Shown here piece by piece: positions 25,652 through 33,409 of a stretch of 35,838 nucleotides of DNA (positions are counted from its first letter, which is position 1; each line of letters begins with the position of its first letter). Source of the DNA: Kiritimatiellia bacterium (GTDB taxonomy: Bacteria > Verrucomicrobiota > Kiritimatiellia > RFP12 > UBA1067); the NCBI GenBank assembly GCA_045540275.1, contig JAZQGX010000297.1, forward strand, positions 1 to 35,838. Direction: 5' to 3'. The position numbers were made by a program, and so were the translations under genes. Under the pieces are notes generated by a model that had not been told where the DNA came from, made no database searches, and worked only from the letters and a program-made list of their open reading frames with translations.

Positions 25652-26413
25652 ATGAAAAAAAGTATTTTTGCGATTTTTGCCGCTGCTCTGATCTCGGGAT
25701 GCGTAACCCATCTGGCCGATCCGGAGGTCAAGACCTACGTCAACGGTACAGTGCAGCCGCTTCGTGTGCTGGTATCGATTGATGGCGGCAAAGACCAATC
25801 CAGCGCGTCGTATCAGCTCAGCGGCTACCTTCAGTCGCATCTTGAAAGCGCATTGGCCGCTGCGGGCTATCGCGTAGTCTATGAAGGGAACCATGAAATC
25901 CTCGTTTCGACTTGCGGTCAGGTGACGTGTCAGGAAAGAAATAAGCGCGGAACCCGTTCGGTGTACTATGGCGATGCGGATGTCCAGGTGACCCGTGCGG
26001 CATTTGAAAACACCATGCGCAACGAGACGATGCGCGATATTGTCGCCCGTCAGCGTTTCGATGTTCAGGGCGGACAGGCGCGTACGCCGACCGAGGCAAT
26101 CAAATCGGTGGCGGATACGCTCGCTCCTGAGCTTTCGAAGTGGACGGCCGCCTCGGTGACCAAAGTTGCCTCGAAGCTGGAATGCTGCCAGGTCACTATC
26201 AGCAACGCATGGACATATCGCGGCGAAGAGGACTACCCATCCCGTTTTACCGCTACGGTTAACCGGATGCGCGGCATCTACAGCTGCCGCATTCTCTCCA
26301 CTGACAACGTAAACCGTTCGTTTCGCGCTGAGATCATCTACGACCGTGATATGTATCCCGACGGCATCGTAAACGGTCTTATCGCCACCAGCGGCCTCAA
26401 TCTCTACCGATAA
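25652..26413 (+). CDS. Predicted lipoprotein (function unknown)
   Basis: MKKSIFAIFAAALISGC has a lipobox (LISGC). No recognisable domain is present. Confidence 0.5.
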   Translation: MKKSIFAIFAAALISGCVTHLADPEVKTYVNGTVQPLRVLVSIDGGKDQSSASYQLSGYLQSHLESALAAAGYRVVYEGNHEILVSTCGQVTCQERNKRGTRSVYYGDADVQVTRAAFENTMRNETMRDIVARQRFDVQGGQARTPTEAIKSVADTLAPELSKWTAASVTKVASKLECCQVTISNAWTYRGEEDYPSRFTATVNRMRGIYSCRILSTDNVNRSFRAEIIYDRDMYPDGIVNGLIATSGLNLYR

Positions 26414-26442
26414 GACAATTGGAAATCTGAAAGGATCTCGAA

Positions 26443-27111
26443 ATGAAAAAGATGATATGTGTAATCTTTGGAATCGTTATTTGCGGGGTGGCGTTCGGCC
26501 AGGGTGCCGGCCGGGGCGTCTACAAACCGGGACAAACCCATCCTCATCGCGGCGGTGCGGTACACCGCTCCGATTTTCATCGTGCTCCGCACAAGGTCGA
26601 CCGCAAGGTTTACGATCGCACGGCCGGGTACGAAGGACATGTGGCATATTCCCCGTTCGCTTTGAGTCTGGGCAGTTTGTCGATGCCTTGCGGCCGTCAC
26701 TGGGCAATCGGAGGCGCCCGTCTGAATCTGGGGCTGCCGGGGTGGACCTCGGTTTATGACAGTGTATACGGATTTGATATCGGCCTTTCCGGTGAGTCCA
26801 CCATCGAGACCGGCGGTATTGCCGTAAATGCGTTCAACAATACCACGCGCGATTTCTACGGAGTGGCGGTTGCGGGATTGTGGAACCGCACTTACGGAAG
26901 AGACACCCAGGCTCTTCAAATCGCCTCGTTGTGCAATTTCGCCGAAAATATCAGCGGCGTGCAGATCGGACTCTTCAACCGTGCCCGGGTTTTGCACGGA
27001 TTGCAGATAGGCCTTTGCAATTCCGCACCTTCGGGCAGCGGGTTGCAGATAGGCGTTTGGAATGCAAATTCTAACGGTGTGGGCAGCCCGGTTATTGGCA
27101 TCGTTTTTTAA
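26443..27111 (+). CDS. Secreted repeat protein with G(L/V)QIG(L/V)(F/C/W)N motifs
   Basis: The signal peptide is MKKMICVIFGIVICGVAFGQ. GVQIGLFN, GLQIGLCN and GLQIGVWN recur at about 16-18-aa spacing near the C-terminus. AAGGA precedes the ATG. Confidence 0.45.
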   Translation: MKKMICVIFGIVICGVAFGQGAGRGVYKPGQTHPHRGGAVHRSDFHRAPHKVDRKVYDRTAGYEGHVAYSPFALSLGSLSMPCGRHWAIGGARLNLGLPGWTSVYDSVYGFDIGLSGESTIETGGIAVNAFNNTTRDFYGVAVAGLWNRTYGRDTQALQIASLCNFAENISGVQIGLFNRARVLHGLQIGLCNSAPSGSGLQIGVWNANSNGVGSPVIGIVF

Positions 27112-27137
27112 GTTCGATAAAGAAAGGCCGGTAAACT

Positions 27138-28178
27138 ATGAGCAGAATGGATGCCATTCGCAAGCAATACGAACAAAATTCCGATGGCGATGGACTTCAA
27201 CGTCCGAATTATCGCGTTCACCCCGCACGCTCACGCAATCTAGTATTCAAGTTCTTTTGGCTGATGCTGATTTTGTCGGTGCTGGGAGGCTTTTTCAGCG
27301 CAAAGAATAAAATAATTCCTTTTTTTAAGGGGGCGTTCGGTATCGGATCTCAGCCCACTCCTCATAGCCAGAGTATGGGAAAGGACCTTGGCACTCATCA
27401 GGGCGCCAGGGAAGTTGAGGTTTCAAAGCAGGCGCTCTCTCAGTACTTGCAGCCGACGAAAGCCGAGATGGAGCAACTTTTCGAATATGTGCGCAATTCG
27501 TCGCATGTTAAAGAAAACTTGCTTTATGCCAAAACCATGCAGGAGTGCCGCTTTTTGTATTTGCCGGACAATGAAACCGTAAATGCGCTCGCCGGTTTGC
27601 ATAAATTGGATAAGGACAGCGAGAAGTTGACGCGTGTTGTCTGTTTTCTGGGCGGTGCAGCCCGTTTTGCCCGTGTCGCCGCACTTGCCGGTGCGGCTGA
27701 GCAATGTGGCGACAAGGGGGCGGGTGCGCGTTTTTTGCGGGCCTGCACGGCGGCAGACTGTGGAAAGATGGATGCCGACGCTGCACTCCGGATTGTGAAT
27801 GAAGCTTGTTTGGGGGGCGTGCTTAACAATCAGATTGCGTTGACGAAGGCAAAATCCATTTCGGCCGGCCTGATGCTCGGCATTATCGCTCATGAGTGCG
27901 GTCACCAGAGTCTTGGTCATGTGCTCAAGACCGGTGAAACCGTCAATCTTGATATTTCGCGCAATCAGGAGCGGGAGGCGGATTCGTTTGCCTCTTCAGT
28001 AATATCTTCCAGTCCGTTTGGTGAATACATTCTGGCGGGTACGCTCTTTTGGTACTATGCGCTTGCCAATCAGCAGCGTGATTCGAACGAAACGACACAT
28101 CCGTTGGCAAAAGAACGCTTTGAAAATTATGTCCGGTCCAACAAGGCGTTGGCGGCATCACTTGGCATCAGACTGTGA
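27138..28178 (+). CDS. Membrane-anchored HExxH zinc-metallopeptidase-like protein, paralog A
   Basis: The N-terminal TM segment is LVFKFFWLMLILSVLGGFF. The motif IAHECGHQSLGHV is HExxH plus a downstream H. The C-terminus has QEREADSFASSVI...SPFGEYILAGTLFWYYALANQ...TTHPLAKERFENYVRSN. Confidence 0.5.
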   Translation: MSRMDAIRKQYEQNSDGDGLQRPNYRVHPARSRNLVFKFFWLMLILSVLGGFFSAKNKIIPFFKGAFGIGSQPTPHSQSMGKDLGTHQGAREVEVSKQALSQYLQPTKAEMEQLFEYVRNSSHVKENLLYAKTMQECRFLYLPDNETVNALAGLHKLDKDSEKLTRVVCFLGGAARFARVAALAGAAEQCGDKGAGARFLRACTAADCGKMDADAALRIVNEACLGGVLNNQIALTKAKSISAGLMLGIIAHECGHQSLGHVLKTGETVNLDISRNQEREADSFASSVISSSPFGEYILAGTLFWYYALANQQRDSNETTHPLAKERFENYVRSNKALAASLGIRL

Positions 28179-28193
28179 AACGAGGTGGCAGCA

Positions 28194-29054
28194 ATGGGAA
28201 GATTGGAAGATTTTAGAGCGCGCACGCGCATGCGCGCTTTGTCGCTATCGGATGGTGGATCCGGCGGGCTGTTCAACGGCCAAGCCGCCGGCATGAAAGA
28301 AGATTCCGAGCAGGAATTGATTGCGTATCTAAATCCCGACGGAACCGAAATCAGCCAATGGTGGTCGATGCTGGTGCAGTCGCCCTATCTGCACACCAAT
28401 CTTTCCTATGCCAATTCGCTTCAGCGCACAAAATTCTTCTATGACGTCGACAATAATCAGATAAATGCGTTCGCATGCTGTGAAGATGAGCAGGCATCCG
28501 GTTTTCGCATCTGTTTTCTTGGAGGGCTGATGCGTTTTTCCCGTCTTGCATCACTGGCGGCGGCTGCGGATATGTGCGGCCGCCCCGGCACTGCCGGCCG
28601 ATTCGCCCAGTCATTCGACCGATACGGCGGACTTTCTCAGAACGAAGCGCTGGAGGAGATGGAGAATCTTGGCTTGGCTTCGGTTTATCATCTGCCCGGG
28701 GTGAAAAGTAAGGCGTTGGCGATTTCATCGGGGATGATAATTTCGATTCTCGCCCATGAGATGGGCCATATCTGCTTGGGTCACGTTCAAGGTCCGACCT
28801 ATTACAATTCTAACCATGAAATTTCACGGAATCGTGAACGCGAGGCTGATTCGTTTGCCTCGACAATAACTGCCGCAAGCCCTTTTGGTGAGTATATGCT
28901 GGTCGGGATTTTGTTTTGGGCGTATGCAATGGCGCAGCAGGAAAAGGGAATGACGGCGACGACCCATCCGCTATCGATTGAACGTTTTAACAACTTTGTT
29001 AGATCAAATTCATCACTTGCCTCGACTTTTGGTTTGGTTGAATTTAACGATTGA
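28194..29054 (+). CDS. HExxH zinc-metallopeptidase-like protein, paralog B (tandem duplicate of 27138-28178)
   Basis: LAHEMGHICLGHV...REREADSFASTITAASPFGEYMLVGILFWAYAMAQQ...TTHPLSIERFNNFVRSN is colinear with paralog A. It has no N-terminal TM segment. The ATG at 28194 follows GAGGTGG. Confidence 0.5.
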   Translation: MGRLEDFRARTRMRALSLSDGGSGGLFNGQAAGMKEDSEQELIAYLNPDGTEISQWWSMLVQSPYLHTNLSYANSLQRTKFFYDVDNNQINAFACCEDEQASGFRICFLGGLMRFSRLASLAAAADMCGRPGTAGRFAQSFDRYGGLSQNEALEEMENLGLASVYHLPGVKSKALAISSGMIISILAHEMGHICLGHVQGPTYYNSNHEISRNREREADSFASTITAASPFGEYMLVGILFWAYAMAQQEKGMTATTHPLSIERFNNFVRSNSSLASTFGLVEFND

Positions 29055-29071
29055 CCGCTAGATATCCTACC

Positions 29072-32000
29072 ATGAACAAGAATTCAATTAATAACGATAT
29101 TACGATAACTGAGGAGGGTGAGCATCCTCGTGAAGGGGATGGTAATCGTCCTCGCGCTTGGGAGGGCGAGCATCCTCGTGCTTGGGAGGGCGAGCGTCCC
29201 CGCGAGCCGTTATCGATGAACAATGCGGTAACGTTGCGTCCTCAAGCGGGCGCATCGCTCGGTCGTATCGACCAATATGAGCTTATCCGCGAGCTTGGCG
29301 GAGGTGGATTCGGTTGCGTGTATCTCGCACGCGACACGGTTGCCGGGATTGAGGTCGCGGTAAAGGGCTTGCCTCCGCTCGTTCGGCTCAATAAGGAAGA
29401 GCTTGAAAATGTCCGAAAGAATTTCGCTTTAGTTTCGCGACTTCATCATCCGAATATTGCGGCGGCGCTTCATCTGCAGAAGGTTGAAAAGGCTTTTTAC
29501 GACGACAAGGCTGATGCTGAAAAACTGCGCGTCTTTAATGGTGACACTCTCGTTGTAATGCAGTACGCGCCAGGCGTCACGCTCTCGCAATGGCGTAAGC
29601 AGTTCCCTGACGGCAAGGTGCCGTTGGATAAGGCGCTCGAAATTGTGCGGCAGATTGCGTCCGCGCTCGATTACGCGCATAAAGAGAAGATTCTTCATCG
29701 TGACATCAAGCCAGCGAACGTGATGATTGAAACATTACCTGACGGCTCGATTGCGGCACACGTTCTTGACTTTGGGCTTGCCGCCGAAATTCGCTCCTCA
29801 ATGAGCCGCGTCTCGCGTGAAGTAACTGATACGTCGGGTACGCGACCTTATATGGCGCCGGAACAGTGGGGCGGACGGAAACAAGGCAAGGAAACTGATT
29901 TATATTCTCTTGCAGTTCTTTTTTATGAACTCGTTACAGGAGAGGTGCCGTTTGCATCTGTATTTGATACGGGTGATTCAGTACTCATGATGAATGTGAT
30001 TGAGACTAAGAATCCAGAATTTTCATCTGAACTGCCAAAGCCCATCCGCCTTGCACTCACCAAGGCCTTGTCCAAAAAGCGCGAAGACCGCTTCGGTTCA
30101 TGCTCAGAGTTCGTTGACGCGCTACAGGGCGGGCGTATATCAGGAGGGCGAGCGTCCTCGCGAGCCACCGTTATCCTCACCGCCCTTGCATCCCTTTGCC
30201 TCGCTGTCGGCGGCGTTTGGTATTGGCAAGAAGCGAAGGCGAAAGAGGAGGCTCGAATCGTCGCCGAGCAAAAAGCCGAGGCGGAACGAAAGGCTGCCGA
30301 AGAAGCGCGGCGTATAGCCGAGGAGAAAGCCAAGAAAGAGAAGGCTGAAACGGAGCGAAAGCAAAAAGAGGAAGCGGCACGGATAGCCGCCGAGAAGGCA
30401 AAGGCTGAAGCCGAAGAACGAGCTCGAAAGACAGAAGCGGTACGCATCGCGGCCGAGAAGGATGCGGAACGCAAAGCTGAACTCGAAGTGTTTCGACTTT
30501 CTTCTAAAGCACAAAGTGCACATGATCTTATCGATGGCGAGTCGTCTGAGATAAAGGAGTTTTTCGCAAAGGAAATCCGTGCCTTTGAGAATGATCGCCG
30601 AGCAGGTGATGACGCCAAGCAAAATTCAAAGTATGTAGTTGCAACGAATTTCTATGCGCAAGCGTTGATGGCTGCGACTGCGCTTAAGGTGTCGGTAGCG
30701 AATTATCGCGAGTGTAAGGAGTTGTTGCCGAAAATTGAACGTGCCAAGGAACGTGCCGATGAAGTGAATGCGGCAGGATCGTTGCCAAGCGGGTACAGGG
30801 CGGCGCAAAATGCCCATAGCGCAGCTTTAGATGCATTAAAACAAAAGCGTTTTGATGAAAGCAAGGCCAAGATGCAAGAGGCGGAGAAGCTTTTTGTATC
30901 TTTGCGAAACGATGTCATCAATGCAGTTCTTGATTTGGCGGAAGGGCACAAGACGGCAGCGCGTTGGGAGCTTTGCAAACAAGAGGCGGATAAGGTGCTT
31001 AAGTGGGAAAGCGGGAATGCAAAAGCGATTGCGCTTAAAGAGGTTGCGCAAAAAAGTCTCATGCCGTCGCTGAAAATTGTTGCGCAGATTGACGGAGAGG
31101 AGATTGACGGAGTTACGATAAAAATTGGCGACAAAGAATATGCAACTCCCTATGTAATGCAAAATTTGAAGAAGGGTGATCTTATCGGTCCTTGTGATGT
31201 TGCATATATGCGCAATGGCAAGAACTATGTCGGTACTTTCTCACAGGTAAGTGTAGATTGGCTTGGTGCTAAAGTGCTTGCAGTTGCGCTTAAGGAGCAT
31301 GCTGGCCTGCAGGCCGGAGATGTTAAGGCCATTACACTTCCTGGCGGTGTTGCAATGGTGATGGTTTATGTTGCTCCCGGATCGTTTATGATGGGAAGCC
31401 CGGAAACGGAAGAGGGGCGATACAATAATGAGACGCAGCATCGCGTTACATTAACTGAAGGATACTGGATTGGCAAGTATCCGGTAACTCAAGCGCAATG
31501 GTCGGCACTCGTAAGTGCGAATAATGTTTCATTCGATAATGGTGCTCCGGTTGCATGGTTTAGTTCTAAACGTGGAGGTGCTGATGATTTTCCGATGGAG
31601 AATATCAGCTGGGATGATTGCTACAGATTGATAAAAGCTTTGAACGCCAATGAATCGACACATAGAAGATGGATGCTGCCGACTGAGGCGCAATGGGAAT
31701 TTGCGGCAAGGGGAGGCACGAAGTCTAAAGGATATAAGTATAGTGGAAGCGATATTTTGAGTGAGGTTGGTTGGTATGACAAGAATTCTGGACATAGGAC
31801 CCATTCTGTTTCTGCGAAAAATAGAGGTAATGAGTTGGGCATTGTCGGTATGAGCGGCAATGTGTGGGAGCTGTGCCAGGACTGGTATGGTAACGATTAT
31901 TATGCAACAAGTCCACACCTGAATCCTATAGGCCCAGCTTCGGGTGATAAACGTGTCTTGCGCGGGGGTAGCTGGATGCACGATGCTCGGGATTGTCGCT

Positions 32001-32638
32001 CCGCCTCACGTGTCAATCTATCTCCCTCTCGCCGCGTCTACGGCACTGGTGTCCGCCTCGTTTGTTCGGACACGACTGTGACACAACAAGACAAAGCTCA
32101 TTCTGTGCCGGCTCAAGAAAAGAAGTCGGTCGCTGGATTGTCTCAAAAAGCCCGAAAATTTGTCGGTACATGGATTTGCCAATCAGAAGTTACTCAAAAA
32201 ACGGAGCATAACACAAAATGGGATGGCAATATCATGAAGTGCTTGCCGATTTCAACATCCATAGAGTTGGTTTGCAGAGAGGATGGGACGGCGACCCTTA
32301 AAGAAGGGGCCAATAAGGTCTTTGGCGTATCTTCCGGTACATGGAGATACAAGCATGGTATGTTTTTGATGGATATGAAAATGTCGGATGGCATTTCGTA
32401 TGAAATTAGTGCGGCAGTAAAATGGATTGGCGATGATAGTTTTTCGTTGCGCTTCGATAATGGCGAGTATGCTGCTTTGATCAAGAGTCGATGTGGGAAT
32501 ATTCACGATTTGAATGCCGTTCTCTCAATTTATGCCGATGAAAATATGGAGGTGTCGATTTCTACAAAAACACCAAATTTCAGAAGTGGCAAGGCAATAT
32601 GCAAGCCGTATGTGTTTAAAAAGATTTCAAATCGATAA
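29072..32638 (+). CDS. Kinase 2: a Ser/Thr kinase with a TM helix, a K/E/A-rich coiled coil, an FGE-sulfatase (C-type-lectin-fold) domain and a ~200-aa C-terminal extension
   Basis: The N-terminus carries a WEGEHPRA peptide repeat. The kinase motifs are GGGGFGCVYLARD, HRDIKPANVMI, DFGLA and GTRPYMAPEQ. The TM segment is VILTALASLCLAVGGVWYW. The coiled coil is about 100 aa of EEARRIAEEKAKAE-type repeats. The FGE domain reads VYVAPGSFMMGSP...YWIGKYPVTQAQW...RWMLPTEAQWEFAARGG...VWELCQDWY...RVLRGGSW...CRSASR. The ATG at 29072 is chosen because the ORF-track TTG at 29051 overlaps the upstream stop. Confidence 0.85.
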   Translation: MNKNSINNDITITEEGEHPREGDGNRPRAWEGEHPRAWEGERPREPLSMNNAVTLRPQAGASLGRIDQYELIRELGGGGFGCVYLARDTVAGIEVAVKGLPPLVRLNKEELENVRKNFALVSRLHHPNIAAALHLQKVEKAFYDDKADAEKLRVFNGDTLVVMQYAPGVTLSQWRKQFPDGKVPLDKALEIVRQIASALDYAHKEKILHRDIKPANVMIETLPDGSIAAHVLDFGLAAEIRSSMSRVSREVTDTSGTRPYMAPEQWGGRKQGKETDLYSLAVLFYELVTGEVPFASVFDTGDSVLMMNVIETKNPEFSSELPKPIRLALTKALSKKREDRFGSCSEFVDALQGGRISGGRASSRATVILTALASLCLAVGGVWYWQEAKAKEEARIVAEQKAEAERKAAEEARRIAEEKAKKEKAETERKQKEEAARIAAEKAKAEAEERARKTEAVRIAAEKDAERKAELEVFRLSSKAQSAHDLIDGESSEIKEFFAKEIRAFENDRRAGDDAKQNSKYVVATNFYAQALMAATALKVSVANYRECKELLPKIERAKERADEVNAAGSLPSGYRAAQNAHSAALDALKQKRFDESKAKMQEAEKLFVSLRNDVINAVLDLAEGHKTAARWELCKQEADKVLKWESGNAKAIALKEVAQKSLMPSLKIVAQIDGEEIDGVTIKIGDKEYATPYVMQNLKKGDLIGPCDVAYMRNGKNYVGTFSQVSVDWLGAKVLAVALKEHAGLQAGDVKAITLPGGVAMVMVYVAPGSFMMGSPETEEGRYNNETQHRVTLTEGYWIGKYPVTQAQWSALVSANNVSFDNGAPVAWFSSKRGGADDFPMENISWDDCYRLIKALNANESTHRRWMLPTEAQWEFAARGGTKSKGYKYSGSDILSEVGWYDKNSGHRTHSVSAKNRGNELGIVGMSGNVWELCQDWYGNDYYATSPHLNPIGPASGDKRVLRGGSWMHDARDCRSASRVNLSPSRRVYGTGVRLVCSDTTVTQQDKAHSVPAQEKKSVAGLSQKARKFVGTWICQSEVTQKTEHNTKWDGNIMKCLPISTSIELVCREDGTATLKEGANKVFGVSSGTWRYKHGMFLMDMKMSDGISYEISAAVKWIGDDSFSLRFDNGEYAALIKSRCGNIHDLNAVLSIYADENMEVSISTKTPNFRSGKAICKPYVFKKISNR
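29114..29209. repeat. Tandem copies of the GC-rich ~24-27-bp element GAGGG(C/T)GAGC(A/G)TCC(T/C)CG(T/C)G, encoding the WEGEHPRA/WEGERPRE peptide repeats
   Basis: Copies lie at 29114-29132 and 29162-29185 (GAGGGCGAGCATCCTCGTGCTTGG) and at 29186-29209 (GAGGGCGAGCGTCCCCGCGAGCCG). A degenerate copy lies at 29141-29161. Confidence 0.6.
29267..30232. repeat. A ~970-bp segment duplicated at 33487-34470 (kinase plus TM halves of kinases 2 and 3), about 90% nucleotide identity
   Basis: Long collinear runs are identical. One example is GAGCTTATCCGCGAGCTTGGCGGAGG, which is present in both copies. Another is ...GAAAAACTGCGCGTCTTTAATGGTGACACTCT(C/T)GTTGTAATGCAGTACGCGCC... Divergence rises abruptly after the TM helix. 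Confidence 0.7.
30143..30166. repeat. Copy of the same element (GGAGGGCGAGCGTCCTCGCGAGCC) inside kinase 2, read in a different frame (GGRASSRAT)
   Basis: It is near-identical to 29186-29209 but sits in the juxtamembrane region and is translated in another frame. Confidence 0.6.
30300..30465. repeat. Imperfect ~63-69-bp tandem repeat x3 in the kinase 2 coiled-coil region
   Basis: GAAGCGCGGCGTATAGCCGAGGAGAAAGCC (30302), GAAGCGGCACGGATAGCCGCCGAGAAGGCA (30371) and GAAGCGGTACGCATCGCGGCCGAGAAGGAT (30434) encode EEARRIAEEKA, EEAARIAAEKA and EAVRIAAEKD. Confidence 0.5.
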
Positions 32639-32656
32639 CAAGCAGAAAGGAACTGT

Positions 32657-33310
32657 ATGAGAATAAATAAGTTGATGTTGGCCATTTGTGGCATTGTTGG
32701 ATTGGCGGGGTGCGTCTCTGTCGTTTCTACGCCAGTTAGATATCCGCTTTCGGATGAAAAACCCGTATTGACGGAGAATTATCCGATTCGCACTCCATCT
32801 GCTGTTCGCGGGTGTGAAAAGATTGTGGGTGTCTGGGAAATTGTGCAATCCCATGAGACGATTTCGTCAAACACAACGACGGAAAAACCATTTAAGTTTT
32901 CGCAAATTGTTAAGATTCAATACAAATTTTATAAAGATCAGACAGTTTTGTGTAATCAAAAAGTTGGGGGGACGGAGCATAATCACAGAGGGAAATGGAG
33001 TTACGACGATGGGAAATTGACATTGCGTTTTAAGAATGCGCACAAAGGACTGGAAGATAGCATTGTTATGAATACACTCTGGTATTCCAATGAAGAAGTG
33101 GAGTTGCGCTATGCTGATTTGCGTGCATATGAAAAAATGTTTTATGTCTCGCCAAACGTAAAATCAATGACGGCTTTTTACAATCCAAATGGCACGTTGG
33201 AGACTCGGATGTATATGGATTATTCTAAATTGTCGGCGGCATCGGTATTTAATTCTATCTATTCGCCGATGATTATGAGCCGAATTGGAGATGTTTCCGA
33301 AGATGATTGA
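32657..33310 (+). CDS. Predicted lipoprotein (function unknown)
   Basis: MRINKLMLAICGIVGLAGC has a lipobox (LAGC). The gene is AT-rich (about 40% GC) relative to the window. No domain is recognised. Confidence 0.5.
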   Translation: MRINKLMLAICGIVGLAGCVSVVSTPVRYPLSDEKPVLTENYPIRTPSAVRGCEKIVGVWEIVQSHETISSNTTTEKPFKFSQIVKIQYKFYKDQTVLCNQKVGGTEHNHRGKWSYDDGKLTLRFKNAHKGLEDSIVMNTLWYSNEEVELRYADLRAYEKMFYVSPNVKSMTAFYNPNGTLETRMYMDYSKLSAASVFNSIYSPMIMSRIGDVSEDD

Positions 33311-33409
33311 ACAGTTGATGGATAAGAAAGTGAGAGGTAATGTTGAGGACGTAAAATCAAGTTGATTGGAAGAGTGTTGTTGTGTGTGAAAATCATACTA
33401 TGAAAAGGA

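Noticed and set aside
24430-25731. A 433-aa ORF on the - strand that almost completely overlaps the + strand exported-protein gene.
   Set aside because: It has no recognisable motif, no RBS, and runs opposite to the uniformly + strand gene organisation. The + strand ORF has AGGAGG, a signal peptide and a C-terminal TM helix. It is a GC-rich shadow ORF.
29108-29215. Whether the short GC-rich tandem repeats, here and at 34364-34411, form a CRISPR array.
   Set aside because: They are only 2-4 units of about 24 bp, contiguous with no spacers, lie in frame inside a kinase CDS, and no cas genes are present. They are intragenic peptide-coding repeats.
31950-32070. Whether the corresponding RGGSW...CRSASR...GVRL segment of kinase 2 is a second DGR variable region.
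   Set aside because: Its codons are not predominantly NNC, and it shows no GC jump. It is internal, followed by about 200 more codons, rather than C-terminal. It looks like a fixed, diverged copy rather than an actively diversified VR.
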